Below are positions 41,088 to 51,714 of a DNA stretch of 64,000 nucleotides, in pieces; position 1 is the stretch's first letter; every line of letters begins with the position of its first letter. The position numbers and the translations under genes were made by a program. The DNA comes from Lytechinus pictus. Taxonomy: Eukaryota. The stretch covers positions 6,388,001 to 6,452,000 of the forward strand of contig NC_087249.1 of assembly GCF_037042905.1 (NCBI RefSeq), written 5' to 3'. The notes beneath the pieces were generated by a model, which was given only the letters and a program-made list of their open reading frames with translations, was not told where the DNA came from and ran no database searches.

Positions 41088-41570
41088 TTGATTGAGTGAT
41101 TGATTCTTTATTTCCATGCAAAAGAAAAAGTATACAACAGAAAATATATTGACAATATTTCACGGTAAAATAACAATAAACAATCATTGCATGGGAGGGG
41201 ACAGTCATAAGCACAAAGGCTTGAAAAAGGACGCCCCTCAAGAAAGACTACGGCCCTGAATAAAATCAATATAAGTCATATTTAAACAATTAATGCAGGG
41301 CCAAAAGGAAAACACATCAAGCATGTCAAGAATAAATCAAATGATAATAACACACCAGCCGTGTATCGATTAATATTACTATGTTTAACATAGATACGTC
41401 GTATAAAATAATACAAAAAATATAGTATGCAATATGATGAAACTGATGATAGAACAATATCTTAACTCAAATAAGTGCTAATAATGGAATGCTTAAACTC
41501 AAACTTAAATTTGTTCAATGTAGGTGCACCACGTATTACTAAAGGTATATCATTCCAGGTATCATGGCGC
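41088..41570 (-). mobile_element. Older LINE 3'-end remnant (CR1 group)
   Basis: The minus frame WNDIPLVIRGAPTLNKFKFEFKHSII resembles the ORF2 C-terminus (compare WNKLPQNFRSSPTLPIFKNSCRKYL in the intact copy). It is followed by a 3' stem-loop and an AATAAA/(AATC)n tail. Confidence 0.75.
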
Positions 41571-41594
41571 TTGCTCAAAAAACAGGAAATGTCT

Positions 41595-44500
41595 CCAAAA
41601 TTTGTCACAAAATTTGTCACAAAATTTGTCACAAAATTTGTCACAATTTATTTCCACTGTTACCTCTCCCAGGGGTTTACCTTTTAACTGTAACTTGAAC
41701 ATTACTTCACCCTTTTTCTGATTTCCACTTATTTTCTTAGTTTCTTTTATCATTCTTTTCTTCCCGCTTTTTTTTCTAACTTGTGTCTCGTTGTATATTT
41801 ATAATGTCATTTGCTTTTGCATTTGCTTTTCTTCTATATACTATGTACATACCTGTATATATTCATCATATAGTTGTTAATGTGTCTGTGTGTGTGTCTG
41901 TGAATATGTGTAATGGCTGTCCTCAGATGTCCATGTTTCATCCACCCTTGTTGATATTTTATATTTGTTTGGTCTGTGACGGATATGGTTTAATAAATGC
42001 TGTTTTGGTTTATTGTTTGCTTGTTGAAATCTCTCCTCATGGATGACGGATTTAATATTCCAGAACCGGTTATTAATGAGTGTAAATACATAAACTGTGA
42101 AGATTTCCAATGTAATGGTGAAAACTTTTCCGTTATGCATATTAATTCGAGAAGTCTCTTTAAAAATTTTGAAGATTTGGCGGTCTTGTTATCATGTATA
42201 AATCATAACTTTTCTGTGATTGGTGTTTCAGAAACCTGGTTTACTCCATCCACAGAAGTAGCTATGTTTGATATTCCTGGATATTCACTTGTTCAAGTAT
42301 GTCGATCAAATAAAAAAGGTGGTGGTGTAGCATGTTATGTCAGAGAGGGGCTTGATTACAAATTACGCAATGATTTATCAACGGCAAATACTTATTATGA
42401 GTCTGTATTTATTGAATTGAATAATGCAAACAAAAAGTCAATTGTTGGTTGTGTGTATAGAGCCCCTGGCAATGATATTCGATCATTTACTGATGACTTT
42501 GACCAAGAAATGCAAATATTGAGTAAAGAAAATAAGGACATTTATATTATGGGTGATTTTAACATTAACTTGTTAAATGCTGATACAGATGAAAAGGTTA
42601 GAGATTTTAATAATTTCATGTGTTCATTTGGCTTGTTTTCCCTAATCACTAAACCTACACGCATAACATCATCTTCAGCAACCTTAATTGATAATATATT
42701 TACCAATTGTGTTCAATATCAATTCTGCTCTGGAATATTTTGTTCTGATTTTTCTGATCATATGCCGATTTGTAGCATTAACAAAGGCAATGCCATTACT
42801 TCTAGTGAAACAAAAAGAAAAGTGTTCAGACGTCTAATTACTGAAGTAAGAATGAATTACTTTAGACAAGATTTACTTAACACAGATTGGTCTATTTTAT
42901 ATGATTTGTTTGACGCTAATGTGTCGTTTAACTATTTTAGTGACATTTTTTCTCAGTTATACAATGAACATTTCCCTTTAATTGAATGCAGTGGTAAGAA
43001 TAAATGCAGGAAACCATGGATTACTCCAGTTCTTCTAAAATCCATTCATAAAAAGCAGAAGCTTTACTATGCATATACAAAAAATAAAAACGAAATTAAT
43101 CGGAAAAAGTATATTGATTACAAAAATACATTGACAAATCTTGTTCGTCAAAGTAAGAAGAATTATTATGATAATGTTTTTCGAACAAATCAAAATGATA
43201 TGAGGAAGACTTGGTCCCATATCAATGAATTGCTTGGGAGGGGGAAGAAAACGCCACTCCCAAATGACATGTATCATAACGAATTGTTGTTAAATTCAGA
43301 TCTACATAAAGCTGAGTATTTTAATAAATATTTTATTGATCTACCTTCTAAAATAAGCAAGAAAATTCCTTCTGTCCAATCCTCATACAGAGATTTTATG
43401 TCGGTCCAAAATCACTCCTCATCCTTGTATTTTCGACCAACATCTGTTTGTGAAATTTCTAATTTGGTTTCGACTTTAAAACCATCGAAGGCATGCGGGT
43501 CAGATGATGTTTCTCCCAAGGTCATAAAAAATTGTATTCAATGCATTGTTGATCCCTTATGCGATATTTTTAATAAGTCCTTGTTTCAGGGTATTGTCCC
43601 TGACAAACTGAAAATAGCTAGAGTAGTCCCAGTATTTAAAAAGAATGATCGTAAATGCATTGAAAATTACAGACCTATTGCGTTGTTACCCATATTCTCA
43701 AAAATTCTTGAGAAAATAGTGTACAAAAGAATGGATGATTTCCTTCAACTTCATAACATAATGATACCACAACAATTTGGATTTCGAAAGAATTACTCCA
43801 CAAGTATGGGCGTCTTGAATTTAGTAAATACCATTATAAGTGCAATTGATAGTGGAAAATTTTGTATTGGTGTGTTTCTTGATTTATCGAAAGCATTCGA
43901 TACTATCGATCATGATATATTATTGTACAAGCTTGAGCATTATGGTGTTCGTGGGGTAGCCTTAAGTTGGTTCAAAAATTACTTAACGAATAGATGTCAG
44001 TATGTAACGATTAATGGAGTTAAATCACAATCTAAGGAGGTTAAATGTGGTGTACCCCAAGGCTCGGTTCTGGGTCCCTTATTGTTCTTGATTTATGTTA
44101 ATGACATTATAAATTCATCAAAATTGTTTACTTATTCACTATTCGCAGATGACACTTGCTTACTTTCCCATCACAAAGATATGGAAACTCTCATACTCTC
44201 AACTAACAATGAAATTAAAAATATATTTAAATGGTTTTGCTGTAACAAGCTTTTATTAAATGCTAGTAAAACTCAATATATTGTCTTTAGAACAAGGGGT
44301 AAACGAGTCCCTGAAGATACTAATCCATTATCAATAGGAGGTCATCAGATCAATCGAAGTCAAGATGTAAGGTTTTTGGGAGTTGTAGTTGATGATCACT
44401 TATCATGGAAAAATCACCTCAGTTATGTTTGTACTAAGGTATCAAGGAGCGTTGGTGTAATTTATAAATTACGTTTCTCTCTCCCTCAGCAGACCTTAGT

Positions 44501-45272
44501 AACTCTTTACAATGCTATTATTATGCCACACTTAAATTATTGTAATGTTGCATGGGGAAATACATATAGGAACCATTTGAACAAACTGCTAGTTCTTCAG
44601 AAGAAAGTTATGAGGCTCATGACATATTCGAATTACAGATGTCCAAGTATTCCTTTATTTCTGCAATTGAAGATTTTGCCTCTTGATGATTTAGTCTCCC
44701 TCAATTGTTTGATATTTATGTACAAATCACAATCCTATCAAAACTGTTCATTTTTAAAAGATGCATTTGTTGTTAACTCAAATGTCCATTTGTACAATAC
44801 ACGGCAGAAAAATCTTATCCACCAGCCACTTGCAAGAACAAATACTGCTTTGAATTCTTTTGTGATAGTTTGTACAAAAGAATGGAATAAGTTACCACAA
44901 AACTTTAGATCCAGTCCAACACTGCCCATATTTAAAAATTCATGTCGAAAATATCTATTTGAAAGATTACAAAATATCTTAAATTGATTCTTGATAAACC
45001 ATGTGTGTTGTGTGTGTGTGTGTGTGTGTGCGTGTTGTGTTTGTATGTATTTTCTTATTTTACTCTTTAGATTATCATTGTAAATATTTTTTCATCTCAT
45101 TATTGTTGTAATGTACTTTATAAGGGGCCCCTCTCACAAGCTCTGCTTCTATGGGGTCCCAAACCTATCATGTATTCTCATTTTTGTTAAACTATGTGAT
45201 ATTTCTCTTGTTCTTGATTGGTTTGAATAAATTTGAACTTGAACTTGAACTTTGAACTTGAACTTTGAACAA
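41595..45272 (+). mobile_element. Young non-LTR retrotransposon in intron 3 of SLC10 copy 2
   Basis: ORF2 is followed by a 3' UTR with (TG)n, a stem-loop near 45124-45160, AATAAA and a (TTGAAC)n tail to about 45270. Candidate target duplication AAATGTCT at 41587-41594 and 45273-45280. The 5' boundary is tentative. Confidence 0.88.
41997..44987 (+). CDS. LINE ORF2: APE endonuclease plus reverse transcriptase (CR1 group, L2/Crack/Daphne-like), uninterrupted
   Basis: APE motifs HINSRS, VSETW, GGGVACYV, GDFNINL, PTRIT..TLIDNIF and SDHMPI. RT motifs YRPIALL, QFGFR, FLDLSKAFDTIDH, GVPQGSVLGPLLF, LFADDT and FLGV. The real start may be the Met at 42039. Confidence 0.97.
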   Translation: MLFWFIVCLLKSLLMDDGFNIPEPVINECKYINCEDFQCNGENFSVMHINSRSLFKNFEDLAVLLSCINHNFSVIGVSETWFTPSTEVAMFDIPGYSLVQVCRSNKKGGGVACYVREGLDYKLRNDLSTANTYYESVFIELNNANKKSIVGCVYRAPGNDIRSFTDDFDQEMQILSKENKDIYIMGDFNINLLNADTDEKVRDFNNFMCSFGLFSLITKPTRITSSSATLIDNIFTNCVQYQFCSGIFCSDFSDHMPICSINKGNAITSSETKRKVFRRLITEVRMNYFRQDLLNTDWSILYDLFDANVSFNYFSDIFSQLYNEHFPLIECSGKNKCRKPWITPVLLKSIHKKQKLYYAYTKNKNEINRKKYIDYKNTLTNLVRQSKKNYYDNVFRTNQNDMRKTWSHINELLGRGKKTPLPNDMYHNELLLNSDLHKAEYFNKYFIDLPSKISKKIPSVQSSYRDFMSVQNHSSSLYFRPTSVCEISNLVSTLKPSKACGSDDVSPKVIKNCIQCIVDPLCDIFNKSLFQGIVPDKLKIARVVPVFKKNDRKCIENYRPIALLPIFSKILEKIVYKRMDDFLQLHNIMIPQQFGFRKNYSTSMGVLNLVNTIISAIDSGKFCIGVFLDLSKAFDTIDHDILLYKLEHYGVRGVALSWFKNYLTNRCQYVTINGVKSQSKEVKCGVPQGSVLGPLLFLIYVNDIINSSKLFTYSLFADDTCLLSHHKDMETLILSTNNEIKNIFKWFCCNKLLLNASKTQYIVFRTRGKRVPEDTNPLSIGGHQINRSQDVRFLGVVVDDHLSWKNHLSYVCTKVSRSVGVIYKLRFSLPQQTLVTLYNAIIMPHLNYCNVAWGNTYRNHLNKLLVLQKKVMRLMTYSNYRCPSIPLFLQLKILPLDDLVSLNCLIFMYKSQSYQNCSFLKDAFVVNSNVHLYNTRQKNLIHQPLARTNTALNSFVIVCTKEWNKLPQNFRSSPTLPIFKNSCRKYLFERLQNILN

Positions 45273-45701
45273 AAATGTCTTTTTGACTGCCCCCCCCCCC
45301 CCCCCAGGAAACAATGCTTAGAATCATTATTCAGTTCAAATACTGTCCTAGTAGTGCCACAATTACATTATTCTTGCGATGATATTGGAGTGGGAAACAA
45401 AAGGTCTTCAGGTAAGTGCACCGTTCCACTGGCAATTTGTCATTCGCCAAGAGACCAGAGCTTTCCATGAATATAATCCAAGGATTTCACTAAAATATTT
45501 AGAGAGATGACGATCAGTCCGTTTGCCATTTTTCATGAAACTGTTCCCAAATCTCTGCCAGCATGACAAGGGACGAAATCTAGGGAACAGCATATGGACC
45601 GGGTGTGGGAGTAGGAGAGTTTGGCCGTCAATGATATTCATGATATTCTACATGTATTAATGTTTGTTCTTTGTTATTGTGAGAGAAGAATATAACTGTT
45701 A

Positions 45702-46079
45702 AAGTGATTGGTTAACATTGGTTTGACTTTTTAAAAATTTGAGCTAGAAGGTCACAATTGTCACCTGTGTCTGTGATATGTTACAAAAATGAAGCCCAGA
45801 AAAAATTGCGTTCGAAAATAATTATTTAGTGCTTCAAAAATTGAAATATAAAGTGACCGAAAACACCATCTTAATTTCATCCCATACACTTATGTGTACT
45901 ATTTAGGCGTCTATAAGACGCCTATTTACAAAATCGGGGTTTGCCTAGTAGTTTTAGCTTTCATTCTCAATAATGGTTGTTTTCAGGGTTTATTAGTTCT
46001 AATACATGCACTTGTACACATGTTTCATCTTGGTTTGAGAATTTTTTAAATCGGCTGCTCACAAAGTTAAACAATACCT
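45702..46079. mobile_element. TTAA-target MITE with short degenerate TIRs
   Basis: TTAA|AGTGATTGGTTAAC...GTTAAACAATACCT|ATAA. Confidence 0.55.
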
Positions 46080-46275
46080 ATAACGTCGGTTTGTGATGCT
46101 ATATTCGTTTAGTCCTATATTGTTCACTAGCTATGCAGATATATATCACGGATATTGAACAGGCTCATTTACAGATTGTCAACTTACTTCAAAATGGGGC
46201 TTTACTCTTGGCAAGTCTTTATGAGGGCCTTCTTTTTCTATTCCTAATGACTTTTCTATTTCCCTCCATCACCAG

Positions 46276-46812
46276 ATTGGCGTCGTCTGTTCCTTCATTT
46301 GCATCATCGTCGCCTTCGCCTTCAGCATCGTAATGAACCCCGCCTTCCTGCGGGCTGGCTGGAAGCTCTGGTTCTGTGCAGCTGTACTTCCCATCGCGGG
46401 GTTCTGCATGGGTTACGGCATCGCCCGTCTGCTCCGACAGCCACACAAGAAGTGCCGTACCATCGCCTTCGAGACAGGCTCTCAGAACGTATCGCTGGCC
46501 TTGACCCTCACCGTCATCACCTTCGCCGACTCTCCTCTCTTCCTCGACATGCTCTTCTATCCATCCCTCTATGTCTGCTTCATCTACATCGATTCCTTTC
46601 CCCTCATCATCGGCTACAAGATCTACTCCTACTACCACAGTAAGAACCGGAAGCTCGACGAGAAGGAACACGTCGACAAGGATGTTTACGCCGAGGTCGG
46701 CGACGATTCGGACGACGACGACGATGTTGATAGTTGTAAGAAAGAGGAAGCTAAGAAGCAGGAAATGCAACCTATGCACAAAAATTGTTTAAATGAAAAT
46801 GGACAAATATGA
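46276..46812 (+). CDS. SLC10A2-like: SLC10 cotransporter copy 2, terminal coding exon
   Basis: accag|IGVVCSF...CRTIAFETGSQNVSLALTL..., an acidic tail, then TGA. The spliced protein is 379 aa. Confidence 0.95.
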   Translation: MGVVCSFICIIVAFAFSIVMNPAFLRAGWKLWFCAAVLPIAGFCMGYGIARLLRQPHKKCRTIAFETGSQNVSLALTLTVITFADSPLFLDMLFYPSLYVCFIYIDSFPLIIGYKIYSYYHSKNRKLDEKEHVDKDVYAEVGDDSDDDDDVDSCKKEEAKKQEMQPMHKNCLNENGQI

Positions 46813-48145
46813 TACAAGGTGCGTCATGTTAGGCTGCCGATCACTGCACGACCGTTCTGCGATACAATGGTTAATTAATAGCATTCGCATAATATTATGA
46901 GTAATTAGATGAACCCCCACTGTCTCAGTGAACTAGTTATACATATCGGTACCAATCGGACAATAGTGCAATGTATTGATCTTAATATTCCTATAAGAAC
47001 TGAATGGATCTGACATCTTAGATTTTCGTTACAGCACGACCATCATATTAATCTGATGTAGCTTTCAGTTCCATTTTAAGTACAATAAAGTGCTATTGCA
47101 ATGGAACGTTTCCCTGTCAAGTGAATATCTTGTTATCAGTATTACTGTTTCGAATTCGCTTTACATTTTTTCTTTCTGTACAATGATCGCAGTTTGGTCG
47201 TATAGTGAACGCTGTACCTAAACATGTTTATTACCTCTTTCGCTTGGTATCGAACATCTATCATCTGAAATGTAAATTGTATAAAAGGCTATTTTCATGT
47301 TGTGAATTTCATACTATACTGAGAAATATCACCAAAGCATTATAATCTATACAGTATACAGAATACTTTATACGATATACTTGTATAATAAGTAAATTGA
47401 ATTGGAAGCCGTGTAAGTGAAATATGATAGTTTATGCATATCTTTTGAGCATTTTGTAAATTCATAATTTCATATTAAGCTTCTGCTTGCAGTTAAGCTT
47501 CTGCTTGCAGTGTTTCATGCATTTTTTTTCCATATTTAGCTTCGTCTTAACATCGCTTTTTTCGATAATGGACCGAATGTAAAAGAAATAAAATGTGCTT
47601 AGAAATGTTTGATTTACCACATGGACACGGGGACGGACTTATGCCATGATAACTACACGCAATCAAAGAACATTTGCAATGTTTCATTTGTATTGTTTGG
47701 AGTTGCTATGGGAACCCTTATGGGAAACAAACATGAGTACTGAGGAGCGTTTCATGACAGAATTACTTGTCGGACGTATTATCCGACAAGTCCTGTTTTA
47801 TCAGTCAGTCACCATAGTAACAGCGCTTCTAATCCAATCAAAATCAAGGAGAGATTTCGGATCTGACAACTTGTAGGACGATAGGCCTAAATCTTGATAA
47901 AAACGCTTCCCTGGATGTGGGCCTACATGTAAACGATTGATAAGTAGAGATTATGACATACTCGATTCATTCTAACAAGAAAAATGAGGTGTATAAATGA
48001 AAAATGAGGTGTATAACATCTCTTTCCCTACATGAAGTATGAATAAGATGGATGTTTGACTCTAGTCAAATAAAAGCAGAAGGCGGCTAATCGATCGCAT
48101 GTTCGTCTCCAGTGGGCATTTACCATGTTTACAGTATAAATACAG

Positions 48146-48457
48146 GGGGCTGTTTCATAAAGCTGTACTAAGTTTAGAGTGACTTTAAGAACGACTGGTG
48201 AACATTTCTTGTGATGCAGTAAATGTTGTTGACCATTAAGGCCCCAATTCTCGAAAGATGGCTAACTTAGTCCACTTAACTGGGGATAGTTAGCAGGTTA
48301 GCCGAGTAGGCTAAAGTTAGCACGGGCTTATTTAGCTACCCTATACGAGAATTCGGGCCTATATGTTCACTGGTGAGTATTTAGCGCGTATAAGAAGAGA
48401 TCACCAGTCGTCCTTAAAGTCGCTCTTAACTTACGGACTGCTTTATGAAACACCCAC
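48146..48457. mobile_element. PIF/Harbinger-like MITE (CAG TSD) with a nested MITE at 48240-48359
   Basis: CAG|GGGGCTGTTTCATAAAGC...GCTTTATGAAACACCCAC|CAG. Inner element GGCCCCAATTCTCG...CGAGAATTCGGGCC. Relatives lie near 36456-36590 and 47744-47911. Confidence 0.8.
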
Positions 48458-51105
48458 CAGTATTGGTAAGAATAATCAAGCTGGTACATAATATTCACAC
48501 CTATAATATAATACCATCTTATCCTGGCTTATATAGCAAGGCAAATATTTGTTCGTTAGAAAAATGAATCATGATTTTAGTGCGCTTTGGCTGACGGTCC
48601 AGGGAAAATTCTTATTGTATTTCGTCGTAGAATTCATACTTAAATTTAGGATAAGTTTAGGCCTACCTCAGGTATATAAATACATTCTTTCTTATGGAAC
48701 AAGGAATTGCCATGGTTTCAGAATCAAGATTGAAGTTATTTTAATTTTCGTTGTATCATAGACTTCAGCACTAGACCAACTACATTTTCTGCTGAATCTA
48801 TTTTGTTAAATTCGTTATATCAAATAATTTGTGTAAAAGAACACATTGACAACATGATAGGAATCGAATTACTTTTTGAAAATGAGAGCTTGAAAGTATT
48901 TGTTTGATGTAAATTTGTAGATAGATGATAATGATTATCTGCATTTGCAACGCAATGTTGGCGATATATCATGTTACTTCTAAATACAGACTTTCTCACA
49001 CATGTTGTTCAAAAGTATTATACACTGTAGAAAATGGAGTGCTAATTTAGCACTTACAGTGCTTGTATAGTGACTGCACTGTAAGTGCTACATTAGCACT
49101 TCATTTTTTACAGTGTATGTATCATTATTTATCGACTATGTAAAGAACTAAGCTCTCATTGCCACAGCAAATATTCAGGATTATGATTTGCAATGCTGTT
49201 TTTTTTTTCTTTCTATTTCGTCTCATATTGTTGACAAATACAGCAGCTCCTATTATATAATTCTTCTCGTTGTGCCTTGTAAACCCCAAAGCCAACAATA
49301 AGTCGGCAGGAAGGGTTCTCTGCAAATAACCAATATGGTAATTTGGTCTTCAAAAAGCAAAACAAACAAAAAAGAAATGGAAAATTAGCTGAAAGAGTAT
49401 TTGTTTTTCTTCTTCACACTTTAACTGTCATTGCATGGATTGCACACCTCATGCAGCAGCTGGAGTGAATCCCAAACTTCAAAATGTTGTTTCTCCCCAT
49501 TTTTTCCTTTTTTTTTCTTTACACCCTAAAAAATATTTGGTAAAAGTGCTCCATGAGGGTAATTATGTGTCCAACCCACATTGGGCATGTATTTTATTTA
49601 TCCAGTGTGATGTAATTGTAATTGCTGCTTATCTTTTAACCTTCCCGCATTGGGTAAAATATTGGTTGGACACATAATTACCCTCGTGGTGGTAACATTT
49701 TTACCCAATATTTTTACAGTGTATTCTACATTTAATCTAGTACTTATGTGGGTTATTGTTGACTAATTTTGCCAAGTTATCATGTTATTGCTTAGAATGT
49801 GCTTTTCCAAATTTAATGAAAATCTCATTTTGGGCGACTTATTGTTGGTTTTGGGAGTGGCTGGTCACATAATTTTATCTTGTTTCCTGTTGTTAGAGAT
49901 GGAATAGCAACATGCTATTGGATTGTTATGAAGTGATTTCTATTGGCAGCTAATCTAGATTCATATTTTTGTAGAATACTTTTATACTATTTGATGAGAT
50001 TTGAGTTGCAGTTTTTTTAAATTGTGATGTGCGTGGTATATATAATATATGTTTAATTAGCACACAAGAGGCTTATTTCATTTAGACATTTATCCAAAGC
50101 CAAAGTTTCTTGCGGATGAAGATCTCGTGCATCTACACCCTTGCCATTGTTATTTTGAAAATGATCTTGCAGCCTTTTCTCCTCTGCCTTTCTTAGATAA
50201 AAAAAAACGTACATAGATAATCACTGAATGGTGGTGTGGCCGTACAGTAAAAGGGACAAGTAGTCTGGACAGTTCCCCCTTTGCCTTTGAATTGTCAAAA
50301 TTTATCAATTTTACTGTCTAAATATAAAGGAGCGAATCACTTGCGTACAGATGTGCTGCTTGGTAGGCTCTGGCTCCAAGACCAATAAAAACAATGAAGA
50401 AAAATGGAAGAAAAGGGTCGGAAAACGATGAAATGTGACGTTATTGATGAAATATTATGCCTAAATCTATCAAATGTTGTTTTCATAGTAAAACTGCCAA
50501 AAATCAGCTCACTTTGCTTCGTTCTCTATAGCGACTTTTTAGAAATTTTCCCACATATACGCCATGCTATGCCCCCTCAACATTTTGGGGAGCTCATTAC
50601 GCCACTCGACCAAAATGCAGCTATTTACCAGTCTCCGCATCTAATTCCGTCAATTTGTTTTGCTGAATGAAAAGGAATGTCACTCGTGTTTTTTTATTAT
50701 TATTAATATCATTACGTAACAAGCTGTTGAGTCTCACAATTTGAAAGATTTGACTTTCACTCATTTTCGAGTGTATTTAGTTCTCCTGACATTTTGGAGA
50801 GTAAGTTTTTTTGTGTGCCAAATTTCCACTGAAATTCAATTGAATTATTTACTTACGGCTCATATACCAGTATTTGTCATCCTAGTTCTAAAAAGATTGA
50901 CTGGAACGCCACTTAAAACATTAATGATTCAACATTGCTATTAGTACTCAAAGTATGCCCAATAAGGTCCTAATTATCGTCATAAAAATAGAGTTCTAAA
51001 TTCAGCACATTTAAGGAGCTCGTGTAAAAGTAAATGAACCCCGATGTGCTGCTTTCAGCACGCAAAGAGATAAATGACGGGCAAACTTGTGTGCATGATG
51101 ATTAA

Positions 51106-51714
51106 AGGACAAGTTCACCCCCAAAAAAGTTGATTTGAATAAAAAGAGAGATATCCAACAAGCATAACACAAAAATTTCATCAAAATCGGATGTAAAGTA
51201 AGAAAGTTATGACATTTTAAAGTTTCGCTTAATTTCACAAAACAGTTATACGCACATCCTGGTCGGTATGCAAACGAGGAGACTGATGATGTCATCCACT
51301 CACTTTTTCTTTTGTATTTTATGATATGAAATATGAAATGGCATGAAATGTTTTCTCCTCATTGTCAAGTGAAACAACGATTAATTCCTCCCTGAACATG
51401 TGGAATTAGCATTGTTTTTTACTATATGGTTCAGCCTGGTTGGTCCTTATTGTCAAATCTGGAAAAAAAATGAAATATTGTCTAATTCAAACAATAAAAA
51501 ACAAAAGAAATTGTGAGTGAGGGACATCATCGACTGTCTCATTATTTTACATATCACTGAGTTGTGCATATCACTGGGTTTTTTTTTAAGCGAAACTTTA
51601 AAATGTCATAACTATCTTATTTTACATCCGATTTTGATGAAATTTTCAGCATTATGCTAGTTTGATTTTTCTCAATTTATTCAAATCAACATTTTTCTGG
51701 GGTGGACTTGACCT
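51106..51714. mobile_element. TTAA-target MITE with long TIRs (Kolobok-like); fragments at about 32398-32825 and 10950-11042
   Basis: TTAA|AGGACAAGTTCACCCC...GGGGTGGACTTGACCT|TTAT. The arms share AAATTTCATCAAAATCGGATGTAAA. Confidence 0.85.

Noticed and set aside
46219..46792. Overlapping antisense and alternative-frame ORFs on SLC10 exons (also at 12509-12958 and 20641-21252)
   Set aside because: These are shadows of the GC3-rich coding exons with no independent evidence.
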